A DNA stretch of 64,000 bases from an uncultured Methanosarcinaceae archaeon (GCA_963733675.1 CAVTET010000003.1:448001-512000), one strand, 5' to 3'; shown: positions 44,837 to 55,152, counted from the first letter of the stretch. Notes: generated by a model from the sequence alone, not told the origin. A program made the numbers and translations.

Positions 44837-46172
44837 CCAAATCATCACAATCCACATCATCCGTAATAAAACAATATAAGGAAAATAAGGCATTATTGCT
44901 CCTAAAATATCTGAAAGGCCTGCTTAAAAGTCTCGGTCCAGGTTTCATCACCGGCGCATCTGATGACGACCCCCCCGGTATCGCGACCTATGCGCAAACA
45001 GGCGCAATATTTGGATACAGTCAACTTTGGCTTGTTTGGTTTACGTGTCCGTTAATGATCGTAATCCAGCAGATGTGTGGTCGGATCGGGATGGTAACGG
45101 GGAAAGGGCTAGCTGGTGTCATCCTCGAACATTACTCGAGACGAGTGCTATACATAACGATCTAGTTGCTTGTGATTGCGAACACGACCAACGTTGACAC
45201 AGATCTAGGAGCGATGGCTACCTCGGCACAGATGTTGTTGAGATTACCGTTTCTTTTTTGGTTAGTTCTCATTACGGGGTCTGTCATCGCCCTTGAGGTA
45301 TTTGTCCCTTATACGACCTACTCGAAGATCCTTAGGTACCTAGCATTGACCCTCTTCGCGTACGTTCTGACAGCTTTCGTCATCAAGCTAGACTGGAGAA
45401 CCATTTTTCACGTCACGCTGATCCCACATCTTGAGTTTTCGGCAGACTACCTGCTCAACATCGTCGCGGTCCTGGGCACTACGATTTCCCCGTATATGTT
45501 CTTCTGGCAGGCGTCGGAGGAAGTTGAGGAGGAGATCGTGAAGGGCAAAATTTCAGATATTGGTATCGAGAAACCATGTGTGACGCGACGAGGTATAACC
45601 TAGATGGATGGGGACACATGCATTGGAATGCTTTTTTCCCAGATCATCATATGTTTTTCATCATTGTCACAACTGCAGTCACCATACACGCCGGTGGGAT
45701 CACTACAATCCAGACCGCGACACAGGCAGCTGAGGCTCTGCGGCCTCTAGCTGGCGACCTCGCCTACCTGCTCTTCGCAGCTGGGATCATAGGCACTGGG
45801 CTCCTAGCAGTTCCGGTGATGGCCGGAGCATCGGCTTATGCCATTGCCGAAACGGCCAGACTGAATCAGGGACTCGGCAAGAAGCCTGGCTGGGCCCCGG
45901 GGTTCTACGCAGTAATTGCCATATCCACGTTTGTCGGCATGTTCCTGGATTGGTTCGGAATTAACCCAATAAAGGCCCTCTACTATACGGCCGTTTTGAA
46001 CGGCCTAGTCGCGCCACCACTTATGGCATTGATCGTAATGATTGCAAACAGGAAGGACATCATGGGCCGATTCATTAACTCGAAAGCGACCAATGTCTTG
46101 GGATGGATAATCGTGCTGATCATGGCTCTGGTCGGGGTGGCACTAATCTTCAACTCGGCAACGGGACAGTGA
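44833..46172 (+). pseudogene. NRAMP-family divalent metal transporter, disrupted
   Basis: LGPGFITGASDDDP.GIATY..G, GTTISPYMFFWQ; in-frame TAGs at 45163 and 45601 plus a frameshift near 45650. Confidence 0.88.
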
Positions 46173-46423
46173 CTTTTCGATGAATGCCCTCAATCCACAT
46201 CAGGAAATGAGTTTGATCGCAAAATGTGATTCTCGATACTATGAATATTGCAGGATTCGTTAGTAAGGAAATCGATAGATTTTGGCCTGCATGTTAAGAC
46301 TCTATCCGAAAAATCAATAATATCATGTTGTAAATTCGTAGATTCCAGAGGTACAGACGGCTTTAGAAATCCCGTTTATATTTAATTGAAAATTCCGTTC
46401 TTTTATTCTTGTGAGGGATACAT

Positions 46424-47398
46424 TTGAACAGGGGAATCTTAGGAAAAGTCATCTTGGTCCTTCTTTTACTACTCATACCAGGACTATTTCTTCTCCGGAC
46501 CTACTGGATATATATCGTGCCCATTTTGGAAGAAATCTTGAAAACACTCCGAGAAACCAGAATAAGTTATTTTATCCTGGCCATCTCAGTCTACCTACTA
46601 AGTGTGTACTTATTTGCAGTCCGTTGGCGGCAGGCTCTATTCTGTGTTGGGTATGATATAAAAGCTACAAGACTCGTTCCCATTTATTTCGGAGCAATAC
46701 TCATCAATAACATCACTCCTGCAGATCCGACAGGAGGAGAGCCACTTCGGATATTATTAGTGAACAAACGGTTTGGAATAAGCTATATTGACGCTTTTAA
46801 AACAATCCTCTTCGAAAGATTGGTCGAAGCAATCCCTATTGCACTTTTATTAATTTATGTTCTATATTCGTTTCCTTTTTTAGATATTAAATTCTTATCC
46901 CAAACAAATAGTCTAGTGTTAAAATCAATCCATCTATTAATATTAGTCTTCCTAGCAATAGGGATTGTAATCTGGTTTTTCCGAGCGAAATTTGTTTCTC
47001 TTTACAGGAATATGCAGCAAAGTTGGAAACAGCTTAAAAAAGCATTTCTTCCTGTTATCCTTTTATCCTGTGGTGTCTGGATCCTTGATATAATCCGTTT
47101 AGAATTAGTTGCTTCATCCCTTAACATTCATCTTCCCCTAAACGAGATTGTAACAGTCTCAATCTTCTCATTCCTACTTGGACTCCTCCCATTAACCCCG
47201 GGTGGCCTTGGAATAATTGAAGGGGGTCTGATCTCTCTGCTTCTGTATTTTGGTTTTACCTGTCGCCTCTGCAGGCACTTTCGTGCTTTTGGAGCGTTTT
47301 ATCTCTTATGGGATCAGCAGCTTAATGGACTTATATCCCTATCTTATTACGGACGATACAATAATATGGAGAAAAGCAAAAAAATAAAACTGCATTGA
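46424..47398 (+). CDS. Lysylphosphatidylglycerol synthase TM / UPF0104 flippase-like protein (3' end probably frameshifted)
   Basis: RW, NNITPA..GGEPLR, ERLVE, PLTPGGLGIIEG; sequence after LLYFG looks out of frame. Confidence 0.78.
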   Translation: MNRGILGKVILVLLLLLIPGLFLLRTYWIYIVPILEEILKTLRETRISYFILAISVYLLSVYLFAVRWRQALFCVGYDIKATRLVPIYFGAILINNITPADPTGGEPLRILLVNKRFGISYIDAFKTILFERLVEAIPIALLLIYVLYSFPFLDIKFLSQTNSLVLKSIHLLILVFLAIGIVIWFFRAKFVSLYRNMQQSWKQLKKAFLPVILLSCGVWILDIIRLELVASSLNIHLPLNEIVTVSIFSFLLGLLPLTPGGLGIIEGGLISLLLYFGFTCRLCRHFRAFGAFYLLWDQQLNGLISLSYYGRYNNMEKSKKIKLH

Positions 47399-47849
47399 AT
47401 AGTGATAAATGACATAGAATCACAGAAACGTATATGTAGTTTGTAATAGAGGTCATTTTCTAAAATACAAATTCATTAAGTGCAAATCTTTTAAAGCTCT
47501 CACGTATTCACCCTAAAGTCTTAAAATGTCATCTACAAGGAAAAAATAATGAGTTTTCGATAGCCTCAAAAATGCTGAGCGAAGATAAGGCACAAAAAAT
47601 AGCCCAACAGTATTTTTGATTTTCACTATCAAAAAACAAATATATGTTAATAATTATTTTTTTCTGACATTTTCTATTTAGAATTGTGTTTCTGGTTAAT
47701 TAGTTTCAAGTGTTCCAAGAGCTCCAGATGTTCTAGGAGTTCCATAAGCTCCATGAGTAATAGATCTTCGATATTCTCTTATTCTGGATGGAAATTAGCA
47801 AATACACTACTTTTTTCTAATCTATCGAACAGCAATGTTTATTCTTTAT

Positions 47850-48158
47850 TTAATGTTCACATTTCGCTTTGATTTTAAGAGTTGTATCGCGATGTTCACT
47901 CCATATAAAATTTACAACTAAAAATTTTTTTTCCATTGTATGTTTGACATGAATAAGGCGATGCGCTGCGACGTCTTTTATCTCGTCGAAACGGCCGGTT
48001 TTGCCTTGTGGGTTGTCTTCATCGTAGAAAATAATATCCCATTTTCCTTCATCTGGTGATGAAATTTCTAAATCAGATTCCATTTTTTTCTCATGCTCTA
48101 TCTCTTTATGCCATGTCCCTTGCCCATTCTTGATTGGTATATCTACAACATTTTCCAT
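47850..48158 (-). CDS. Hypothetical protein
   Basis: 102-aa ORF with AAGGAG RBS. Confidence 0.65.
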   Translation of the reverse strand: MENVVDIPIKNGQGTWHKEIEHEKKMESDLEISSPDEGKWDIIFYDEDNPQGKTGRFDEIKDVAAHRLIHVKHTMEKKFLVVNFIWSEHRDTTLKIKAKCEH

Positions 48159-48240
48159 TATAACTTCTCCTTTATTTTGACTTGAAATTTGATTCCTTAG
48201 TTTCTGTATATATTTGACTGGTCACAGTAGTTTATGGATT

Positions 48241-48337
48241 ATACAGAATTTCAATAAATCTCTTAATTGAATAAAGCGCTTATATAAAGATTATATACAC
48301 AAATCCCAAAATTGGAGATTTTGTCGAAATTCTGTAT
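48241..48337. repeat. 97-bp inverted-terminus element
   Basis: ATACAGAATTTC...GAAATTCTGTAT perfect 12-bp ends; internal CAAAATTGGAG. Confidence 0.7.
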
Positions 48338-48552
48338 GGATTTATCTTTTGAATATACTTTAAATTATTTTTTAAAAAAAATAGTTCATCAATAAAAATT
48401 TCTGTTTCATAAAATGTTTTAATCTTGAACTTCCATCAAATTAAATGTAGAAGTGCTTTTAAATTTGGGTTTAGGATAAAAGAATACGTAGGTTTTCACA
48501 CAAAAACTGTGCATGAATAAAACGATAAATCTTATTTTTTATGGTAAAGGAA

Positions 48553-48645
48553 ATAAGATTTCAATAACTCTCATTTTTAGTTGGTTGTTTATTATACCTA
48601 TAATAGGCAATTTGTTGAAATCGAAAGTTTATTGAAATTTTCTAT
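48553..48645. repeat. ~93-bp inverted-terminus element
   Basis: AGATTTCAATAACTCTCATTTTT...AATTTGTTGAAATCGAAAGTTTATTGAAATTTTCTA; centre is similar to the 22230 copy. Confidence 0.7.
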
Positions 48646-48664
48646 AGTTTACTTTAAATCAGTC

Positions 48665-49141
48665 CTAAGCACATGCTTTTCCCCTTACAACCATAACAGG
48701 AATTTTCGAGTGGCGAGTTAAATTTCCTGCAACGCTGCCTATAAGTATTCTATCCACTCCTGTCTTTTCGAGAGTGCCCATAATAACAATATCCATTTTT
48801 TCTTCATCTGCATACCGGATCAACTCGTTCGAGGGATTGCCTTCAAGCAGGATAGATTTTACGTTTATTCCTTTCGCCTTTCCTAAACTTTTTATATAAT
48901 CTACAGCCTGTTGCCCTTGATTTTTCAAGGCTTCACGTATAGATTCTCAATAAGGATTTGTACTCACAGAAGAATAGGCACCACCATCCATATCAAATAA
49001 GTAGGCTGTTGACATCACATAGACTGCATAAACCGTTCCCCCACTTAATCGAGCAAGCTCTATTCCTTTCTCAATAGCTAGGTTGGAGCAGTCAGAGCCG
49101 TCGGTTGCGATCATTATCTTCTTATAATCAATCTTTATCAT
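48665..49141 (-). pseudogene. Universal stress protein (UspA) interrupted by an in-frame TGA at 48947-48949
   Basis: KKIMIATDGS...NPY*ESIREALKNQG...IVMGT..KTGVDRILIGSVA...PVMVV; both ORFs are in the same frame. Confidence 0.88.
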
Positions 49142-49390
49142 GTAAAATCCTCAAGTGTATCCTTTCTTGGAAGAAATATAATAGCATCGGAATTTGCGAC
49201 GTGAAAAAGCGATGGATTTTTTTAATTTGTGAATTTTTTTAATCTTTTCCACATGGAAGAAGTAAAAATCAGTTATTAACAAGAAAGTTGTGATTAATTC
49301 ATAATGATCCCACTTTCCATAAATGTATACAAAAATGTCGTATATTTTCTCAATATGACAATAGCTTAAAAATTAATATAATCTTCAATG

Positions 49391-49449
49391 AATAATAGTG
49401 GTCAATAGGCAAATAAATTCTATATCTGTGTACATCTGCGGAATGTCGA
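49391..49449 (+). repeat. Orphan IS-end-like repeat
   Basis: Matches the reverse complement of 34492-34550 and also 61164-61221. Confidence 0.65.
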
Positions 49450-49505
49450 ATAAATCGAACATAATGAGCTAGTTTATAGAAGATTTATACAGAGCCACTC
49501 GAGTT

Positions 49506-50231
49506 TTATGGTTTTACAGAAAATCGATATACTGTCGATAAATTCTTACTGAAAATACTCATCCTCAAATGTTTATCTTTTTTCATGTTAAGTAGCCAGC
49601 TTACAGAGATGAAGACGATAACCGCAATAGTTGTGTAAAAAGCAATAAGCAAAAGGGAATCATATTTACCCTGCAAGAGAGGATTTGTGTTACCTATCTG
49701 CTCATTGGATGGATACATAATATCCTGCAGATTACTGCTGTGATCCACCAATCCCAAGGCATGACCTAATTCATGCTCTGCAATGGCAAACATTGCTGTA
49801 TCACTATATGGTATCCATCATCCACTGACGATTTCCAACTCCAAGTATAATATCTACGTATACAAATAGGCCATTGGCAATACGTTGGATTGTTTCACCT
49901 GCAACTCTATGAAGAGCACCTTGATCTTTCTGCAGGTTTGCGTTCTATCTTATCCTGATTCAGCATCTCTGAATTCACGATCTCAAAAACAGGAAGGTAC
50001 TTCAGTTTTTCATTTCCTCTCTACCCAGTGATTCAGAACTTTTTCTATATCTACATAATAGTGGGATCATAATGGAGAGAAACAGTTTGTTATCTATAAA
50101 TACAGTTACAGGGGATTATCCCGTAGCGATTTAAAATTATTGGGTAACTAAATTCAGCAGTTGTTGAGATTGTGGGCGAAATAAGTACTATCAACAATAA
50201 TAAAAAGAGGAATCTTATTGCATACCTACAT
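49506..50231 (-). pseudogene. Matrixin (M10) zinc metalloprotease, frameshifted
   Basis: HELGHALGLVDHS..DIMYP zinc motif; upstream fragments include a signal-like FLFLLLLIVLISP; multiple frameshifts. Confidence 0.78.
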
Positions 50232-50411
50232 GGTTGGTTAATACAAATCTACCTCTGCATTATGTTAGTATTTAACTTAATGAATTATACTTTCTCTCTG
50301 AATGAAACTTTTCTAGTGGAAGTGACTGAATATCATTCTTCAATGTTTTGAACCCTTTTTCAACAAAAACTGTGCATAAAAACATGCTATCCTAAAAATA
50401 TTGTTTTAAAA

Positions 50412-50508
50412 TATAGAGGATTTCGATAAACTCCTAAATTTCGTCCTATATTTACAAAATATATATAAATTACTCGTAAAAATCAGAGGTTTATCGAAAT
50501 CCTCTATA
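50412..50508. repeat. 97-bp inverted-terminus element, best-preserved copy
   Basis: Perfect 20-bp inverted ends TATAGAGGATTTCGATAAAC / GTTTATCGAAATCCTCTATA. Confidence 0.9.
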
Positions 50509-50652
50509 ATTATCCCCCCAACTCTAAAATGCTATCATGAAAATTACTTCAATTCAGAGTATTGACCAGCTGAGTATGGGTTTTTATATAGGATTTCTAC
50601 ATAATTTTGAATATTGTTTTGTTTGGGCAGTGTTATTTGGGATGATAATATT

Positions 50653-53106
50653 ATGGTTGGACAGAAATCTCCTACTGAAGAGTACATAGAAATATCCATC
50701 GAGGAAACTATCAAACGATTAAGTACTGACCAGAAAATGGGCTTATCGATGGAAAGCATTAAAGAGAGAATTCACAGAATTGGTTATAACGAGGTTCCTG
50801 AGAAAAAACAAAATGCTCTGCTAAATTTTTTCAAGAGATTGTGGGGCCTGACACCTTGGATGCTTGAAATCACCATAGCTCTCTCTTACGTATTAAAACG
50901 GTATGTAGACCTCATCGTCATAACTTTCCTGCTATTTATGAACGCTGTACTGGGTTTTTTCCAGGAGCAGCAATCCTCACGGGCTGTGGAATCTCTCAAA
51001 AAGAAGCTCAACGTTAAGGCGAAAGTGCTCCGGGCCGGAAACTGGTTATCCATAAATTCTAGAGACCTGGTGCCTGGTGACATCGTGAGAGTGCGAACTG
51101 GAGATTTCGTTCCGGCAGACATTAAGATAATCGATGGAGATATAGAGGTTGACCAATCGGCACTGACCGGAGAATCCTTTGCTTCAGAGAAAAAAAAGGA
51201 GGATATTCTCTATTCGGGCTCAGTTATCCGGAAGGGTGAAGCTACTGGTGTAGTGGTATCTACTGGCGTGCAGACCTATTTCGGTCGGACAGCACAATTG
51301 GTTAATATTGCCAAACCAAGAATGTATGTCGAAGAAGTCATCACTAACCTGCTCAAGTGGCTTCTTTCGATGGTAGTCATTTTGCTCGCCATTGCTTTTG
51401 TTGTGTCTTATATCAGAGGCATTAACCTTGTCGAAATATTGCCATTGGCACTTATATTGTTGGTCTCATCCATTCCCGTTGCACTTCCCACAATGTTCAC
51501 GGTTACCATGGCTCTGGGTTCGCTGGAACTAGCTAAAAAGGGGATGCTAGTGACGAGGCTCAATGCCTCGCAAGATGCATCCATGATGGATTTGCTATGC
51601 GTAGATAAAACAGGCACAATCACCTCAAATAAACTCTCAGTAGCCGATATTACTGCGTTGGACATCTATACAAAAGAAGACGTAGTTCGCTATGGAGCAC
51701 TTGCGTCTAGTGAGGCAAACCAGGATCCCATCGACATCGCTTTTATTGCAGCCGCAAAAAAGAAAGGTCTCGATATCGACAAGTATGCCCAGATCAGCTT
51801 CACGCCTTTTGATCCCACCAACCGGAGAACAGAATCAATCGTACAAAAAAACGATGAAAGAATTCAGGTGGTTAAGGGTGCGGTAACGGTCCTGGCAACT
51901 TTATGTGGCTACGATACTGAAAAAATCTCCGTTCTGGATAAAAAAATGGGTGAATATGCCGAAAAAGGTTACAGAACTCTAGCCGTTGCGGTGGAAAAAA
52001 TGGGGTTTCGGATGGAGCTTGTAGGCATGGTAGCCCTCTATGATGCGCCCAGGCCAGAATCTGCGAAGCTAATCTCTGAGCTTAAGGAACTTGGAATCAC
52101 GACAAAGATGCTTACGGGAGATTCGTTGGTAGTGGCAAAAGAAGTTGCAAAAGAAGTAGGCATTGAAGGGAGTATCATCAAGGTGTCTGAGTTGAGAGAG
52201 ATAAAGAACTCGTCACCACAAAAAGTGATTCAGATTAGTGAGCAAAGTGGTGGCTTTGCCGAAATTTATCCAGAGGATAAGTACCTTATCGTAAAACAAT
52301 TTCAAGAAAAAATGCACATTGTTGGCATGACCGGAGACGGGGTGAACGATGCTCCTGCATTAAGGCAGGCAGAGGTGGGGATTGCAGTGAGCAGCGCTAT
52401 GGATATTGCAAAAGGTGCTGCAAGTGTAGTCCTTACTCATGAAGGTCTGGCTGAGATAATTGAGCTAGTTAAAACAGGAAGACAAATACACCAGCGGATA
52501 TCTACATGGATTCTTAACAAGATTATCAAGACATTCGAGATAGTGCTGTTTGTGGTTCTTGCATTCCTGATTACTGGAGAATACATCATCGGCGCTTTTG
52601 AGATCGTTTTGTTACTCTTTTTGATTGATTTCGTCACCATAGCTATAGCGACAGACAACGTCAGGCCATCTCAGACTCCAGAGTCGTGGGATATAGCATC
52701 GTTGGCAAGAGTTGCAATACTTCTGGGCATTTTAATGGTAACTGAATCTTTCGGGCTACTATATATCGGGATGAACCACCTGGGACTCACAGCCAACACA
52801 GGGCTACATACATTTGTCTTTGACATGCTAATTTTCGGAGGTATGTTCACCATACTTGTGGTGAGAGATAAGGGCTATTTCTGGGAGTCTATTCCCAGCA
52901 AAACACTCATGACAGTAATATGTGCCGAGGTGGTCATAACTTTTGCCATCTCAACTTTTGGAATCCCAGGCCTGATGCCGATAGCTGCTAATTTCATATT
53001 TCTAGTGATGGTATGGTATTTTGCATTTGCCTTGATTATTAATGACATTGTCAAGGTCAACGTATTCAAATATTTTATACATAATTATGTGAAGAAGCAA
53101 AATTGA
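50653..53106 (+). CDS. Plasma-membrane proton-efflux P-type ATPase (P3A)
   Basis: DQSALTGES, SIPVALP, DKTGT, PFDPTNRRT, KGA, MLTGD, GDGVNDAPAL. Confidence 0.9.
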   Translation: MVGQKSPTEEYIEISIEETIKRLSTDQKMGLSMESIKERIHRIGYNEVPEKKQNALLNFFKRLWGLTPWMLEITIALSYVLKRYVDLIVITFLLFMNAVLGFFQEQQSSRAVESLKKKLNVKAKVLRAGNWLSINSRDLVPGDIVRVRTGDFVPADIKIIDGDIEVDQSALTGESFASEKKKEDILYSGSVIRKGEATGVVVSTGVQTYFGRTAQLVNIAKPRMYVEEVITNLLKWLLSMVVILLAIAFVVSYIRGINLVEILPLALILLVSSIPVALPTMFTVTMALGSLELAKKGMLVTRLNASQDASMMDLLCVDKTGTITSNKLSVADITALDIYTKEDVVRYGALASSEANQDPIDIAFIAAAKKKGLDIDKYAQISFTPFDPTNRRTESIVQKNDERIQVVKGAVTVLATLCGYDTEKISVLDKKMGEYAEKGYRTLAVAVEKMGFRMELVGMVALYDAPRPESAKLISELKELGITTKMLTGDSLVVAKEVAKEVGIEGSIIKVSELREIKNSSPQKVIQISEQSGGFAEIYPEDKYLIVKQFQEKMHIVGMTGDGVNDAPALRQAEVGIAVSSAMDIAKGAASVVLTHEGLAEIIELVKTGRQIHQRISTWILNKIIKTFEIVLFVVLAFLITGEYIIGAFEIVLLLFLIDFVTIAIATDNVRPSQTPESWDIASLARVAILLGILMVTESFGLLYIGMNHLGLTANTGLHTFVFDMLIFGGMFTILVVRDKGYFWESIPSKTLMTVICAEVVITFAISTFGIPGLMPIAANFIFLVMVWYFAFALIINDIVKVNVFKYFIHNYVKKQN

Positions 53107-53167
53107 TACCATTATAAAATGTGCTATTACACGATTCTATTAATTCATCCAATGAAGCAAACATCTG

Positions 53168-53423
53168 ATCTTTTTTTCTATTTCAGGGGAATATTGATGT
53201 ACCCATCTCATGATTGTTGTATGGTCGACTTTTACTCCCCTTTCTGCCATCATTTCCTTTAAATTTCTATAACTTAATGCATATTTTAAGTACCACCTCA
53301 CATTCAATAGAATAATTTCTCCTTCATAATGCTTCCATTTAAAGGAATTAGATAGCATGTTACTATCTTTGGTTTTCTTTTTATTCTATTGTATCATCAG
53401 AAAGGATTTTTTGCAACGGAACC
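53168..53423 (-). mobile_element. IS6-family element, copy 3 (left end only, truncated)
   Basis: TTGCAACGGAACC at 53411-53423; transposase N-terminus breaks off at about codon 64. Confidence 0.9.
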
Positions 53424-53605
53424 ATATTTAATACACCAGAGATCCAAAGGCCATGATTCCTTGGAACCTGTCAAGACAACTTTTAAGATAAGAGCAGAAA
53501 GCTGTCACCAAAAAGCAACTATTATTTCTTCCATGCTTAAAACTGTAGAGAACAAAAGCTTGGAAAAAATATTTTCCCCCCTTAGAATCCCCGTTTTCCC
53601 TCGGT

Positions 53606-53899
53606 TCATAAGGGATTCAAAAGTATTTTTATATCTTCTTCGACGATTGTGTTTGGCCTTATGCTGAAATTATCTTCCAGCACTTTGAGAACGTGCGGAG
53701 ATATACAGGCCGGAAGTGTAGGACCAAGGGTTATGTTCTTTATTCCAAGGCTTAGGAGAGCAAGTAGGACGAGAACGGCTTTTTGTTCGTACCAAGCTAT
53801 GTTATAGAATACAGGCAAGTCATTAATGTCCTTGAGATCAAAGGCTTCCGCAAGTTTTTCGGCTATTACCACAAGTGAGTAAGAATCATTACACTATCC
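53606..53899 (-). pseudogene. hcp: 3' fragment of hydroxylamine reductase (hybrid cluster protein)
   Basis: G*CNDSYS (GQCND with CAG>TAG)...[30 protein letters not shown]; 5' part cut by IS6. Confidence 0.88.
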
Positions 53900-54754
53900 G
53901 GTTCCGTTGCAAAAAATCCTTTCTAATGATACAATAGAATAAAAAGAAAACCAAAGATAGTAACATGCTATCTAATTCCTTTAAATGGAAGCATTATGAA
54001 GGGGAAATTATCTTATTGAATGTAAGATGGTACTTAAAATATGCATTAAGTTATAGAAATTTAAAGGAAATGATGGCAGAAAGGGGAGTAAAAGTCGACC
54101 ATACAACAATCATGAGATGGGTACATCAATATTCCCCTGAAATAGAAACGAAGATAAGAAGACATTTAAGACCAACAAATGATTCGTGGAGAGTTGATGA
54201 AACCTATATCAAAGTAAAAGGTAAATGGAAATATTTTTACCGAGCAGTTGACTCAAATGGAGATACAATTGATTTCATGTTAAGTTCAAAACGAGATAGA
54301 AAGGCAGCGAAGAGATTCTTTAAGAAAGCTTTAAGTTCTAATCATAATCAAATTCCAAGATTAATAACCGTTGATAAGAATCCAGCTTATTCACCTGCTA
54401 TAGATAAACTAAAAATTGATAAAATACTACCTAAAAACATAGGCATTCGACAAATCAAGTATTTGAATAACATTATAGAACAAGATCACAGATCTATAAA
54501 GAGAATCGTTAATCCAATGTTAGGATTTCAGTCTTTTCGATCTGCTAATAAGACTTTAAAAGGAATTGAAGCTATAAATATGATCAAAAAAGGACAAGTA
54601 ATCGATTTAAATTACTCTGTTCTTAATGAAGTCAAATACATGAATCAATTATTTGGTATAGTTTTATAATGTTAGTACATTTTCCTTGAATGTTTTGATT
54701 TTTATTAATCACTTATAGATTTACATATTTTGTTGAAGTTTTTGCAACGGAACC
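53900..54754 (+). mobile_element. IS6-family element, copy 4 (855 bp)
   Basis: Intact TIRs; right flank TTAAATAT. Confidence 0.95.
53965..54669 (+). CDS. IS6-family transposase (variant with WYLKYALSYRNL)
   Basis: DDE motifs as in the other copies. Confidence 0.95.
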   Translation: MLSNSFKWKHYEGEIILLNVRWYLKYALSYRNLKEMMAERGVKVDHTTIMRWVHQYSPEIETKIRRHLRPTNDSWRVDETYIKVKGKWKYFYRAVDSNGDTIDFMLSSKRDRKAAKRFFKKALSSNHNQIPRLITVDKNPAYSPAIDKLKIDKILPKNIGIRQIKYLNNIIEQDHRSIKRIVNPMLGFQSFRSANKTLKGIEAINMIKKGQVIDLNYSVLNEVKYMNQLFGIVL

Positions 54755-54937
54755 TTAAATATTATATATGAAATTATCAACGCTTTGCGATTATGAGGTA
54801 AATTTCCAAATGGACTTTGTGAAGAACGATATACCAGTTCAAGAGAACAACCATGAAACATATCCTAATACTGGCAAACCTGAAAAGGAATAACAGGGTT
54901 GGGGAAGACATTAGGTGTTTGTAGGAGTACTGCTTTG

Positions 54938-55010
54938 AAAAATCAAAATTTTGTTGGCCAACCCGCTGTGAGCAACGGTGGATGCTCGAACCACCAAAAT
55001 TTTGATTTTT
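54938..55010. repeat. 20-bp inverted repeat enclosing a 33-bp GC-rich loop
   Basis: AAAAATCAAAATTTTGTTGG ... CCACCAAAATTTTGATTTTT (19/20 paired). Confidence 0.7.
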
Positions 55011-55090
55011 TTCCTGAGTTTTGCATTGATGTCGTCAATTGTCAGTGAGATCAGTGTTAAATTTTGGTGATCTCAGAAGATATTAAAATG
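54996..55090 (-). repeat. Inverted copy of the 41172-41262 repeat (probable IS end relic)
   Basis: CTGAGTTTTGCATTGATGTCGTCAATTG...AAATTTTGGTGATCTCAGAAGATATTAA. Confidence 0.7.
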
Positions 55091-55152
55091 TATCAAAAAA
55101 TTATGACAACAACTGTTATTATCCTTGAAAACAATCTCCAATTGGGATTTAT

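Noticed and set aside
45163-45603. Functional NRAMP through double pyrrolysine readthrough
   Set aside because: An additional frameshift near 45650 breaks the gene regardless.
48947-48949. Selenocysteine readthrough of the USP TGA
   Set aside because: The position fits a Trp (TGG>TGA), not a Cys, and Methanosarcina is not known to use Sec.
16466-50508. 95-bp elements as CRISPR repeats or integron attC sites
   Set aside because: They are dispersed rather than arrayed, their centres are not self-complementary, the ends do not fit RYYYAAC/GTTRRRY, and no cas or integrase gene is in the window.
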